A stretch of 64,000 bases of DNA from Bacteroidales bacterium (GCA_035353775.1 DAOQAF010000008.1:465-64464), one strand, 5' to 3'; shown: positions 29,093 through 39,746, counted from the first letter of the stretch. Notes: generated from the sequence alone by a model not told the origin. Numbers and translations are program-made.

Positions 29093-31210
29093 ATGCCAAA
29101 AGCAAAAAAACACGAACAAAATAAAAGTAACATAAAAAAAGCTACGGAGGCTGTCAAGCCAACGCGAAAAAATTTCTTTTCAGCATCACGCCTGCAATAC
29201 TTGGGGATACTTCTCATCAGTATACTGATATACTCAAACACATTTTTCTTTGATTTTGCACTGGATGACGGACTAATCATCACCGACAACAAAGTGACCA
29301 AAAAGGGTTTTTCCGGGATGGGCGAAATCTTTACGAAAAATGCTTTTTACGGAGTATTCGGTGATAAAGCCAATGAATACCTGCCCGGCGGCAGGTACCG
29401 CCCTTTATCGCAAGCTATGTTTGCGGCCGAATACCAGATCTTCGGGTTAAGCCCTTTCGTCGGGCATTTTTTCAATGTACTCCTGTATAGCCTGCTATGC
29501 CTGCTGCTGTTGAAGATACTGAAAATGGTATTCGAAAAATACGACACCGGTCCATGGTATTTATCGCTGCCGTTTCTGGCTACCTTATTATTTGCCTGTC
29601 ATCCGCTGCACACCGAAGTTGTTGCAAACATCAAAGGCCGCGATGAACTGCTCTCGCTGCTGGGATCGCTCGCTGTACTGTTTTTTTCCGTGCAGTATTT
29701 TATAAAAGAAAAAATTTCATACCTGATCCTGGTATTTATTGTTTTTACTCTTGCTATGCTCTCGAAAGAAAATGCCATCACCATGCTGGCCGTAGTTCCT
29801 CTGACGTTGTTTTTTAAGTTTAAGAAACCGCTGAAAAATTATGTCTTTGTGATGCTGCCCATGATACTGTCATTAGCAGTCTATTTTGCCCTTAGGTATA
29901 ATGCACTGGGTTTTATCAACAGCAGCGCAACCACCAAAGAACTGATGAATGATCCTTTTCTGTTTGCAACAACATCGGAAAAATTTGCCACAATCTTCCT
30001 GACATGGGGAAAATACCTGCTGCTCGTGCTGTTCCCCCACCCGCTCACGCACGATTATTATCCTTATCAGGTGGCACTGACCGGATTTTCTGATCCCCTC
30101 GTCATACTTTCCATCGTAGTGTATCTTGCAATGATTGTGTTCAGCCTTACCCGTATCTGGAAGAAAGATATTTTTGCTTATGCGATCTTGTTTTTCCTGT
30201 TCACCTTTTCCATCTCGTCCAACCTCGTATTTAACATAGGCACGTTCATGAACGAACGTTTCATGTTTGCGCCCCTGCTGGGGTTCACCATTGTTATTTC
30301 ATACCTCATCCACAAATACCTGAACAAACAAAACACCCTGCTTGCCGCACGGATCATACTTATCGCAATGGTATCACTATATTCGGCAAAAACTTTCAGC
30401 CGCAATTTTGCGTGGCAAGATTCTTACACGTTGTTCACTACTGATGTTGAGACCTCTGTAAACAGTGCAAAAGTAAACGTGGGTGCCGGCGAGGTGCTCC
30501 TTAAAAGCGTCAACGAAAAAACGCCCGATCCTGTCAGGAAAAAAACCTACGAAAAAGCCATCAGCTACCTGAGTAAAGGTGTTGAAATTTATCCGGGTTT
30601 TACTTCCGGATGGGTGTATCTGGGATACGGGCAGCTTCTGCAAAAAGATTATAAGAACAGCCGGAGCTCTCTCGAAGAGGTTTTGAAACTGGAAAAAACA
30701 AATACTGATGCCATTAATTACCTGAATAACGGCGCACTGGAATGTTTCAGGGCCGGAGATTTTCAGCAATCGGAAGAAAACTTTAAAACACTGATAAAAT
30801 ATGTACCGGACAATACCGAATATGTGTACCTGCTTGCTGATCTGTATGCCAATACCAACAAGCCCGATACGGCCATACAGCTATTGAACGGCATTATCAG
30901 CAAAGACCCCGGGTACAGCAAAGCATACAACAAGCTTGGCGAGATATACGGCCGAATATACCATGATTTTGAAAGATCTTTTAAATACCTGGATAAAGCA
31001 TATGAGCTAAGTCCTAAAGATCTGGAGACTCTCAGAAATCTTGGTACTGCATACGGTTTGCAGCGCGATTTTCAGCAATCGTTAAGATACCTGCTTGAAG
31101 CCGAAAAAGTACAACCCGACGACAAGGATATTCTAAACAAATTATCTATAACCTATCTGAATCTCGGGAATAGACAAAAGGCAGAAGAATACGCAGGATT
31201 AGCGAAATGA
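29093..31210 (+). CDS. Polytopic membrane protein with C-terminal TPR repeats (TMTC/PMT-like glycosyltransferase family)
   Basis: 705 aa. The first ~440 aa are multi-TM, with PGGRYRPLS and HPLHTEVVANIKGRDELL blocks; the remainder is TPR repeats. Confidence 0.65.
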   Translation: MPKAKKHEQNKSNIKKATEAVKPTRKNFFSASRLQYLGILLISILIYSNTFFFDFALDDGLIITDNKVTKKGFSGMGEIFTKNAFYGVFGDKANEYLPGGRYRPLSQAMFAAEYQIFGLSPFVGHFFNVLLYSLLCLLLLKILKMVFEKYDTGPWYLSLPFLATLLFACHPLHTEVVANIKGRDELLSLLGSLAVLFFSVQYFIKEKISYLILVFIVFTLAMLSKENAITMLAVVPLTLFFKFKKPLKNYVFVMLPMILSLAVYFALRYNALGFINSSATTKELMNDPFLFATTSEKFATIFLTWGKYLLLVLFPHPLTHDYYPYQVALTGFSDPLVILSIVVYLAMIVFSLTRIWKKDIFAYAILFFLFTFSISSNLVFNIGTFMNERFMFAPLLGFTIVISYLIHKYLNKQNTLLAARIILIAMVSLYSAKTFSRNFAWQDSYTLFTTDVETSVNSAKVNVGAGEVLLKSVNEKTPDPVRKKTYEKAISYLSKGVEIYPGFTSGWVYLGYGQLLQKDYKNSRSSLEEVLKLEKTNTDAINYLNNGALECFRAGDFQQSEENFKTLIKYVPDNTEYVYLLADLYANTNKPDTAIQLLNGIISKDPGYSKAYNKLGEIYGRIYHDFERSFKYLDKAYELSPKDLETLRNLGTAYGLQRDFQQSLRYLLEAEKVQPDDKDILNKLSITYLNLGNRQKAEEYAGLAK

Positions 31211-31292
31211 TAACTACAACAACTACTCTATGGTCATTAACTCCGGTCGTCCGGAAAGAAAGGCATGTATCTCTTCATTATTTTGAAAAAAA

Positions 31293-31790
31293 TCAAAACA
31301 GCTTTCTGACTGGTTCAAACACCACGTCAATCCGGTAAGAGCCCGCTCCAAATTCATCAATTACCTTGTACTTGTAGTCATATTGAAAAGTAATTTTAGT
31401 GTACAACAAATCCCAGGACATTGTAATCAGGCTATCCTTTTTGTCTTTCTTATACTGATCTGGCTTACCATACTGCTTTGTTAACTTAGATTTGACGGCC
31501 TTGTAAAAGGCCTCTGCTTCTTCATTCTGAATAACACTGAATGTCTCACATTGGTGAACCTTAACCAATTTATTTTGAGTATCATATATAAGCCAGGTAT
31601 TCATTTCCTGATATTTGAAATTTGCATCTAATCCGTTTGGGGCTGATAATTTTCTTTTATTTTCAGCAATAACTTTCTCCACACTATCTTTATCCGTATT
31701 CCAGAACAAAAATTCCCAACCATTAATTGACTGTGCACTGCTGCTGCCTGCCAAAGAAATTAATAAAAATAACGCTATCAGTGTTTTCAT
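31293..31790 (-). CDS. Secreted hypothetical protein
   Basis: The start is trimmed to MKTLIALFLLISLAGSSSAQ (signal peptide). No recognisable domain. Confidence 0.5.
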   Translation of the reverse strand: MKTLIALFLLISLAGSSSAQSINGWEFLFWNTDKDSVEKVIAENKRKLSAPNGLDANFKYQEMNTWLIYDTQNKLVKVHQCETFSVIQNEEAEAFYKAVKSKLTKQYGKPDQYKKDKKDSLITMSWDLLYTKITFQYDYKYKVIDEFGAGSYRIDVVFEPVRKLF

Positions 31791-31923
31791 ATTTTTTGTT
31801 AAAATGCCTGTAGTAAAAATACACAAAATACTTCTAAATCTATGACGTTTTTCTGCTTGTTTTTAGCCCGCTATTATCAGATTGCATTTTCATTCTTATT
31901 ATTGAATAGGATTAGCACCATTC

Positions 31924-33357
31924 CTATCTCCGAAACAAAATACCATACAAGCGAAACAAGAAACTTTTCAGAAAAACAAGATGTGTCATACGCCTGAGGA
32001 TTCCCCACATGATACGTGGACGCAAGTAGAAGCGAATGGTTGCAACCTTGATTGCTTTGCTGAGTTCTCGTTCGGAAATATCACGGGGATGATAAGGAAA
32101 AACACCTGTATAAGAATTATAGCTCTCCCAGGAGATTTGATCCAGAACCAATTCACCTTGCTGAATAAGCGTTTCAAAATCTGTCGAGCCGGGAAGTGGC
32201 AGGTAATTCCCAAAATAGGCAGCATCAACCGGCAAACTGAGCGAAAAATCAATGGTCTGTTTAATATCCTCTATGGCCTCATCTCTATAGCCAAGGATAA
32301 AAGAGGCATTAACAATAATACCATAGCGTTTCAGGAGGCTGGCACGCTCACGGACAAGGTCAAAGTCCCAGTTCTTTCCCATCCTTGTCAGCGTTTCCCT
32401 GGAGCCGGATTCTATACCGAGACATACCATGTAAGTACCCATCTCTGACATACGGGAAACGATCTCCTCATCTATTCTGTCTAATCGAATTCCATTTGGA
32501 AAGGAAAAACAACATTTGATGTTTCTTCGCTGAATCTCATCGGCAAATTCAATGACGTGAGATTTATAGTAGGTAAAATTTTCGTCTTCAATAATAAACT
32601 CTCCAAAATTATAGGTGTTTATCAACCATTCAATTTCATCGACAACGCTTTTGATTTCACGTAAACGAATCTTTTTCCCCGTAACCAGATGCCCTGCACA
32701 GAATGTACAGGGATATGGGCAACCCCGCGAAGTCAGAATCGGGACAACGCGATTGTTCTTATGAAAGGTGCCATGCTGAACAGGAGGATATAGATCTGGT
32801 TCCAGTAAATGCCAGGCGGGCGCTCCATAAGCATTGACGTCGATCCATTTTTGCGGATTTCGGATTATCTTATTATTCCTGCGATAAATAAGATTGGGAA
32901 TCTGATCAATAGCTGGTTCTTTCATACCTGAGAGGATGCTTTCAACCAAAAGCGGCAATGCTTCCTCGGCTTCTCCGGCTATTGCATAATCAAGATCGGG
33001 ATTGGTTTCGAGCGTGTGTACAGGAAGTCCGCTAATATGGGGGCCTCCCGCGACAAAAATACAATTAGGCAACCGTTGTTTTATAGCAGGTAAAAGCTTC
33101 TTGAACCGGCCATAGTCGACAGAAAAAATCTGAAATCCCACCAAAAGCGGTTGAAGGTCAATCAGCCTGTTTAGCAGGGAATTATTATCAATATTATGGA
33201 GCTTACAATCGAGAAAAATTTGCTCAATACCGTCCATACTTTCAAGTACCTTCATAAGATAACCAATGCCAATGGGCGGTGCGATTAAATTGAAATTAGG
33301 ATTTGCCAAACGCACGAGAACAACTTTGTGCTTTTTATTTGTACCCACAAGATTCAT
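31924..33357 (-). CDS. B12-binding-domain radical SAM protein
   Basis: 477 aa. It has an N-terminal cobalamin-binding-like Rossmann region and the radical SAM cluster motif CPYPCTFC. Confidence 0.85.
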   Translation of the reverse strand: MNLVGTNKKHKVVLVRLANPNFNLIAPPIGIGYLMKVLESMDGIEQIFLDCKLHNIDNNSLLNRLIDLQPLLVGFQIFSVDYGRFKKLLPAIKQRLPNCIFVAGGPHISGLPVHTLETNPDLDYAIAGEAEEALPLLVESILSGMKEPAIDQIPNLIYRRNNKIIRNPQKWIDVNAYGAPAWHLLEPDLYPPVQHGTFHKNNRVVPILTSRGCPYPCTFCAGHLVTGKKIRLREIKSVVDEIEWLINTYNFGEFIIEDENFTYYKSHVIEFADEIQRRNIKCCFSFPNGIRLDRIDEEIVSRMSEMGTYMVCLGIESGSRETLTRMGKNWDFDLVRERASLLKRYGIIVNASFILGYRDEAIEDIKQTIDFSLSLPVDAAYFGNYLPLPGSTDFETLIQQGELVLDQISWESYNSYTGVFPYHPRDISERELSKAIKVATIRFYLRPRIMWGILRRMTHLVFLKSFLFRLYGILFRR

Positions 33358-33511
33358 CTGATTAATTTATTTTTTATCCTCTCACCCCTTTCCAACGCTT
33401 TGCATGGCAATCAATGGGGCTAAAATTATTCTGATATTTTCACCTGATCATTACCGTGGCAGCAATCCGTTATTTTGTAATCAAACACACTAATAATAAA
33501 AAATAATTTTA

Positions 33512-35122
33512 TTATAATATGAAATCAGTCGTCAAAAAAGCAGATTTGTTGTCCTTGATAATTTCCCTGATGATACCCTTGTTTATGTCATTCTCTTTTG
33601 CGGCAAACAAGGCCCTGATCGAAAAAACCCGTAACGCGTCGGAGACGGATAATGTTCCTTCGGCAGAATCCTTTCTCCCTGTGAAGGGGAAGCTGTCGGG
33701 GCCGCGCTGACATTGAGAATTTAAATTGATCCTCGAAACCTGGTTCACAAATGTATCAATCAGTTTAGCTATCTCATCAGCATCTTTTCCAAAAATACTT
33801 GCCTGCTGGCCATAATTTGAGTTGATCACATAATCCAATGGTTCTTCAATGTCTTTATAGCTTACAACGGGAACCACAGGGCCAAACTGTTCTTCCCTGT
33901 AAATCCTCATTTTATCATTCACATTAAATAATATGGTTGGAAAGAAACAGGACTTATTGAACAATCCACCGCTTGAATTGATCACTTTCGCTCCATGCGA
34001 AACCGCGTCATTAATTAGTTCAGTGAAATATTCCGACTTATTCGGCTCCGGCAGAGGCGTAATTTCAACACCTTCTTCCCAGGGCATCCCGATCTTTAAT
34101 TTTTCAATCCCCTCCGAAAATTTTTCAAGGAACGGTTCGATGATTTGCTCATGAACAAAGATTATTTTCAAAGCGGTACACCGTTGTCCGTTAAAGGACA
34201 AAGCCCCTGTGATACACTCCCTGACGGTTTCATCAATATCGGCATCATGCAACACGATGCCCGGATTTTTTGCATCAAGCCCCAGAACACATTTTAACCG
34301 GTGCGGTTTCGGATGCTGCTTTTTTAAGATATCTGCCACCCGGCTCGAACCGATGAAAGCCAGCACGTCTATCTTCCCTGATTCCATCAGCGGGCCGATC
34401 ACCACCTGCCCATCGCCATAAACGGTATTTACCACACCGGCAGGAAATGCTTCCTTAAAGGCTTTCAGCAGGGGGTAATGCAGCAGCACGCCAAGCTTTG
34501 GTGGTTTGAAAATAATGGTGTTTCCCATAATAAGGGCAGGGATCAGGGTGGTGAAGGTTTCATTCAAAGGGTAATTGAACGGGCCCATACATAACACCAC
34601 ACCAAGCGGAGCACGGCGTATCTGTCCGATGATGTTCTGCGAAATTGTAAACCGGGAAGAGTCCCTATCCAGGTTTTTCAAGGATTCGATGGTGTCATTG
34701 ATATACACCACCGTTCTGTCAAATTCTTTCTCGGAATCTTTAAGATTTTTCCCGATCTCCCACATCAGCAGTTTAATAATCGTCTCCCTTTGTTCCTGCA
34801 TCAGTAACACAAATTTCTTAACACATCCGATCCTTTTTTCAACAGGCATGGCAGGCCATTCCCCATTGCCATGATTATAGGCTTTTACAGCAGCATCGAG
34901 GGCTTTCAACGACTCTTCCTTATCCATTAAAGGATAATGCCCGATGTAATTAGGCGTGGAATCATTTCCAAAAAATACGGGCGAATAAACTTTTTGATAT
35001 TCCCCTTTCCATTCCATGATCTCGCCGTTGATCATATATTTCGACTGCTCCACAGGGGCAGATAAAACAAACTGTCCGGGAATATCATTCTTATCCGGAA
35101 AAATTGTATTAATGTCTTTCAT
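33512..35122 (-). CDS. Aldehyde dehydrogenase family protein (GapN-like, long form)
   Basis: 536 aa with the catalytic Cys block FNGQRCTALK and EEQFGPVVPV. The block usually containing the general-base Glu (ELGGK) reads GLDAK here. Confidence 0.8.
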   Translation of the reverse strand: MKDINTIFPDKNDIPGQFVLSAPVEQSKYMINGEIMEWKGEYQKVYSPVFFGNDSTPNYIGHYPLMDKEESLKALDAAVKAYNHGNGEWPAMPVEKRIGCVKKFVLLMQEQRETIIKLLMWEIGKNLKDSEKEFDRTVVYINDTIESLKNLDRDSSRFTISQNIIGQIRRAPLGVVLCMGPFNYPLNETFTTLIPALIMGNTIIFKPPKLGVLLHYPLLKAFKEAFPAGVVNTVYGDGQVVIGPLMESGKIDVLAFIGSSRVADILKKQHPKPHRLKCVLGLDAKNPGIVLHDADIDETVRECITGALSFNGQRCTALKIIFVHEQIIEPFLEKFSEGIEKLKIGMPWEEGVEITPLPEPNKSEYFTELINDAVSHGAKVINSSGGLFNKSCFFPTILFNVNDKMRIYREEQFGPVVPVVSYKDIEEPLDYVINSNYGQQASIFGKDADEIAKLIDTFVNQVSRINLNSQCQRGPDSFPFTGRKDSAEGTLSVSDALRVFSIRALFAAKENDINKGIIREIIKDNKSAFLTTDFIL

Positions 35123-35240
35123 ATTTATTGTTTTTATTTAGGTTTTAGAGCTTATTTTCGGGCCATTTCCAGGTACCCATTTTCAAAAAATTTTTTCGAA
35201 GGTAACCATTTTCAAGTAAAAATTAATACCGGCAATGTAG

Positions 35241-35909
35241 CTACCATAAATACGGGCCGCTCAGTATCCTCACAATCAGCCAACAAACAAAACTGATAAT
35301 TCCGATAATGAAAATGTTGTATCCGTTTTTTCTGTCGGGGATCGAATAAGCAAAAACCCTGTCGCCGTTGGGAAGTGTCTTTTTGTGATAGCGCAGGTGC
35401 CATCCTATAAAAACGCCAAGCAGCCCTCCGAGAAAAGAAAAAATATAACCGGCAATTATCCAGCCTTTCTGACTTCTTTCCGGCTCCGAAAGTTCCTGTA
35501 TCCTTTGTTTTTTATACGTTTCAGCCAGTTCGGGCGTTATTTCTCTTCCTCTGTCTTTTAAGAGCTTCTGGGCTAACAGATAATCCAGCTTGCACCATTC
35601 GTCGGGTTTGTGAATAATTTCTGTCAGCTCTTCGTCGGAAAACTCATAAAGGTAATATTCTTTGCTTACATTTTCGAGTTGTTGGGCTGTGAGCTGCAAA
35701 AGCAAATTGTTAGCAGCCTCAAAATTTTCTTTCCTGAGTTTTACACGATATTCTTTTATCGCTTCACTGTTGGAAAATGTCAGGTCTACCCTGCCCGAAG
35801 TATCTTCAAATTTGCAGTCTATATAGTTTTGTTTCAACAGGTCTGCGAGTTCCAAAGCTGAAGCCTTGTCTGTGAATTTCTGAAAAGTCAGGTACTGTTC
35901 TGTTGTCAT
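35241..35909 (-). CDS. Hypothetical membrane protein (soluble N-terminal domain plus two C-terminal TM helices)
   Basis: 222-aa ORF. The C-terminus contains GWIIAGYIFSFLGGLLGVFIGW and YNIFIIGIISFVCWLIV hydrophobic spans. Confidence 0.5.
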   Translation of the reverse strand: MTTEQYLTFQKFTDKASALELADLLKQNYIDCKFEDTSGRVDLTFSNSEAIKEYRVKLRKENFEAANNLLLQLTAQQLENVSKEYYLYEFSDEELTEIIHKPDEWCKLDYLLAQKLLKDRGREITPELAETYKKQRIQELSEPERSQKGWIIAGYIFSFLGGLLGVFIGWHLRYHKKTLPNGDRVFAYSIPDRKNGYNIFIIGIISFVCWLIVRILSGPYLW

Positions 35910-36121
35910 TTTACAGGTATGGTTCGTTTATGGTTGTTACCAGATTCGTTCAGAGAAGAATGATGGTTCTGACCTACATAATTTTTAATTATTCATTCAA
36001 AATTATGCGAAAATTTTCAATAAAAAGTAAAAAACATGGACGTATTAACAAAGATTACATTTATAAGCTCGTCAATCATTAATTTTTTATTCAAAATACT
36101 TTTTATGTTTCCTCTTATTTC

Positions 36122-36129
36122 TACTTTTG
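36122..36129 (+). promoter_or_regulatory. -7 promoter motif (TACTTTTG) upstream of the PLP lyase gene
   Basis: TAnnTTTG match 20 nt upstream of the start codon. Confidence 0.4.
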
Positions 36130-36148
36130 CAAAAAAACTATTAGTACT

Positions 36149-37330
36149 ATGAAAAAGGATAAAATGCGGTTCAACTCCAAACTCATTCACGCAGGAGAAA
36201 TCAAAGATCAGTATGGCAGTGCGGTCATTCCCATTTACCAGACTTCCACTTTCGCTTTTGAAAATGCCGAACACGGCGCAAAATGTTTTTCGGGCGAAGC
36301 CGAGGGATATATTTATACCCGTATCGGCAACCCGACCATCAAAGCGCTGGAACAGGCTGTTGCTGCCCTTGAAAACGGTTACGACGGCATCGCTAGTCCA
36401 TCGGGCATGGCTGCTATCAGCACGGTATATATGGCTTTACTATCAACTGGCGGACATATTGTAAGCCACAATGCTATATACGGCCCGGCCAGAGGTATTA
36501 TTGAGACGATCTTCCCGAAGTTCGGCGTGGAAAGCACCTATATCGATGCTTCTAAAGTTGAAAATATCGAAAAAGCCATCAGGCCAAATACGAAGATGGT
36601 GTATATCGAAACTCCCGCCAATCCGACTATGGACATTACCGATATCAAAGCTGCTGCTGAAATAGCTCACAAACACGGCCTGCCCCTGGTGGTCGACAAC
36701 ACGTTCTGTAGCCCTTACCTGCAAAGGCCGCTCGACCTGGGAGCAGACATCGTACTGCACTCAATGACCAAGTTCATCAACGGACATGCCGATATCGTCG
36801 CGGGAATGATCGTTACCAAAGACAAGGCTTATTACGACAAGCTTCGTCCGGTAATGGTAAACATGGGTTTCAACATCGATCCCCACCAGGCATTCCTTGT
36901 TCATCGCGGACTAAAGACATTGGGTATTCGTATCGACAGGGCACAGCAAAGCGCCATGCGTATCGCGGAATTTTTAGAAAAACATCCGAAAGTGGCCTGG
37001 GTGAAATTTCCAGGATTAATGTCGCATCCTCAATATGAACTTGGCAAAAAACAAATGGACGGTCCGGGCTGTATGATCAGTTTTGAACTAAAAGGCGGGA
37101 TTGAAGCCGGAAGGATACTGATGAACCATGTCCACCTCGCATTGCTTGCCGTATCGCTGGGCGGTGTGGAAACACTGATTCAACACCCTGCCTCGATGAC
37201 TCATTCCAAAATGTCTAAAGAAAACCGCGAATTGGCAGGCATTACCGATGGCCTTGTCCGTTTTTCGGTTGGTATCGAGGATGTGGAAGACATCATCGAA
37301 GATCTGGAATTTGCATTAGATAAAATTTAA
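36149..37330 (+). CDS. Methionine gamma-lyase / Cys-Met-metabolism PLP-dependent enzyme
   Basis: 393 aa with the PLP-lysine block HSMTKFINGH and the HPASMTHS block of the cystathionine gamma-synthase/lyase family. The specific activity is inferred. Confidence 0.8.
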   Translation: MKKDKMRFNSKLIHAGEIKDQYGSAVIPIYQTSTFAFENAEHGAKCFSGEAEGYIYTRIGNPTIKALEQAVAALENGYDGIASPSGMAAISTVYMALLSTGGHIVSHNAIYGPARGIIETIFPKFGVESTYIDASKVENIEKAIRPNTKMVYIETPANPTMDITDIKAAAEIAHKHGLPLVVDNTFCSPYLQRPLDLGADIVLHSMTKFINGHADIVAGMIVTKDKAYYDKLRPVMVNMGFNIDPHQAFLVHRGLKTLGIRIDRAQQSAMRIAEFLEKHPKVAWVKFPGLMSHPQYELGKKQMDGPGCMISFELKGGIEAGRILMNHVHLALLAVSLGGVETLIQHPASMTHSKMSKENRELAGITDGLVRFSVGIEDVEDIIEDLEFALDKI

Positions 37331-37383
37331 AAAATATTGTTATAATTCTCTTTTTTTTATACCTTTATATTTTTAAAGAAATC

Positions 37384-39681
37384 ATGCCCTATTTTCGGAG
37401 AATATTGACTTTAATTCTGTGTACTGCTATTTTTTGTGCCTCAGCTTACGCACAAAAAGTAGCAGTAGTGTTGAGCGGTGGCGGAGCCAAAGGCTGTGCA
37501 CATATAGGCGTCCTGAGGGCTTTGGAAGAAAACTGCATCCCCATTGATTATATTGCAGGCACCTCTATAGGGGCTATCGTAGGGGCCATGTATGCGTCAG
37601 GGTACACACCGGATGAAATTGAGAAAATCTTTACTACGGAAGAATTTAAAAATTGGGCAAAAGGGACTATTGAAGATAAATATCTGTTTTATTATAAGGA
37701 AGACTCTCCGGATGCTTCCTGGATCAATTTCAAATTCAACTACGATACCATTCTGAGTTATAAATTACCTACCAACATCATATCTCCTTACCAGGTGGAT
37801 TTTGGTATGATGTACTTTCTGGCTTCAGCCGGTGTAGCAGCGAACGAAAATTTCGACAGTCTTTATATGCCCTTCCGTTGTGTAGCTTCCGATGTTGCTG
37901 AAAAAAAACCGATATCCTTTAGCAGGGGCTATTTGCCCGAGGCCGTAAGGGCATCCATGACCTATCCTTTTTACTTTAAGCCTATCAAAATCGACAATAA
38001 ACTATTGTTCGACGGCGGGATGTATAATAATTTCCCTTCTGATGTAGCACTTGCGGACTTCAATCCGGACATCATCATCGGGAGCAACGTGGCTTCAAAC
38101 TGGAGTGCCAGCTCGATAGACGAAAACAATGTGGTAGAACAAATTGAAAATATGCTGACCACAAATACCAACTACAGCGTGATCTGCGACAATAGTGTGA
38201 TGATATCCCCGAAATTGCCGAAAATGAATTTACTCAATTTTGACAAGGCAAAATATCTGATAGATGCGGGTTATTATGCTGCCCTTGACAAAATTCCCGA
38301 CATACGGTTGTTCGTAAATGATTCTGTATGCAAAGAAGAAAGAGATGCGGAAAGGAAGAAATTTCTGGATAAAAAGCCGGAAATGCTTTTCGATTCAATC
38401 AAAATAGAAGGAGTAAATCCATTGCAATCCATTTACATCCGGAAATCCATTATGCATAAAGATTCCGTTCTCACAGCAGATCAGCTAAAGGAAGAATATT
38501 TCAGGCTGATAGCCGATGACAAAATAGAATCTATTTATCCTAAAACATATTACAATAAAAAAACAGGATATTTTACGCTTAACCTGGACGTTAAACGGGA
38601 TAAAAATTTTGTCGCCCAGCTTGGAGGCCTGGTCTCGTCAAGTAACATTACAGGGGCATACATCGGGCTGCAATATAAATACCTGGGGCTGACAGCATCA
38701 AAACTATCCGTTAATTTTTATATCGGAAGATTTTACAGTTCTGCTTTTATCAAGAACAGGTTCGACTTTCCTACACGCGTGCCTTTTTCACTGGAAACCT
38801 CAATTTCATGGAACAGGTGGGATTATTTTAAAACGACCGTCCGTTTCTTCGAAGATGTCATGCCTTCTTACCTTATTACCAATGAAACCAACTTTATCAC
38901 TGAATTCGCATTTGCTGCCGGTAATAAGGGAAAATTCATTGTCGGGCCGGCAATCGCCCAGATACGTAATGACTATTATCAGACAAACAGTTTTTCACGA
39001 ACCGATACTGCCGACCGGTCCAATTTTGATTTTATCACTCTGCATACGTTATACAACCGAAGTTCCCTGAATCACAGACAATACCCCACTTCCGGAAATT
39101 ATTTCCTTGCAGATGCAAGGTATGTTTATGGAAAAGAGCACAATTCTCCGGGCTCCACCTCACTGGATGGCGAGGTATTCGCAAAATCACGACATTGGTT
39201 TCAGGTAAAAATTATTTATGATAAGTATTTTGTAACATCTAAAATCTATAGTGTCGGACTTTTTGGAGAATTATTGGTGACCAACAAACCATTATTCCAT
39301 AATTATACGATAAGCCTGCTCTCAGCACCCGCATTTCAGCCGACGCCCGAAAGCAAGGCCTATTTTATACCCAGTCTTCGTGCAAATAATTTTGCGGCAG
39401 CCGGAATAAAAAATATTTTTAATATTTACAAAAAGATAAATTTCAGGCTCGAAGGTTATATTTTTCAGCCTTATCAGGAAATTAAAAGGGATGAGAATTA
39501 TGACGCACATTACGGAAAAATTTTTGACACCAGGACATTCCTCGGCTATGCCGCCCTGGTATACAACAGCCCCGTATGCCCTATCAGTCTAAGCCTGACC
39601 TATTACCATAAAAAGGAAAACCCCTTCTCAGTGATGTTCAATATCGGATATTTCATATTCAACAAAAGGGGGCTCGATTAA
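37384..39681 (+). CDS. Patatin-like phospholipase with C-terminal beta-barrel-like domain
   Basis: 765 aa with a signal peptide, oxyanion motif LSGGGAKGCAHIGVL, nucleophile elbow GTSIGA, and catalytic DGG. Confidence 0.85.
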   Translation: MPYFRRILTLILCTAIFCASAYAQKVAVVLSGGGAKGCAHIGVLRALEENCIPIDYIAGTSIGAIVGAMYASGYTPDEIEKIFTTEEFKNWAKGTIEDKYLFYYKEDSPDASWINFKFNYDTILSYKLPTNIISPYQVDFGMMYFLASAGVAANENFDSLYMPFRCVASDVAEKKPISFSRGYLPEAVRASMTYPFYFKPIKIDNKLLFDGGMYNNFPSDVALADFNPDIIIGSNVASNWSASSIDENNVVEQIENMLTTNTNYSVICDNSVMISPKLPKMNLLNFDKAKYLIDAGYYAALDKIPDIRLFVNDSVCKEERDAERKKFLDKKPEMLFDSIKIEGVNPLQSIYIRKSIMHKDSVLTADQLKEEYFRLIADDKIESIYPKTYYNKKTGYFTLNLDVKRDKNFVAQLGGLVSSSNITGAYIGLQYKYLGLTASKLSVNFYIGRFYSSAFIKNRFDFPTRVPFSLETSISWNRWDYFKTTVRFFEDVMPSYLITNETNFITEFAFAAGNKGKFIVGPAIAQIRNDYYQTNSFSRTDTADRSNFDFITLHTLYNRSSLNHRQYPTSGNYFLADARYVYGKEHNSPGSTSLDGEVFAKSRHWFQVKIIYDKYFVTSKIYSVGLFGELLVTNKPLFHNYTISLLSAPAFQPTPESKAYFIPSLRANNFAAAGIKNIFNIYKKINFRLEGYIFQPYQEIKRDENYDAHYGKIFDTRTFLGYAALVYNSPVCPISLSLTYYHKKENPFSVMFNIGYFIFNKRGLD

Positions 39682-39738
39682 TTAAATAGATAATAATTAT
39701 TATAAATATTGTTTATGTCTTGGCTAAACAAATTATAT

Positions 39739-39746
39739 TACTTTTG
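39739..39746 (+). promoter_or_regulatory. -7 promoter motif (TACTTTTG)
   Basis: TAnnTTTG match 73 nt upstream of the 39819 start. Confidence 0.4.
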
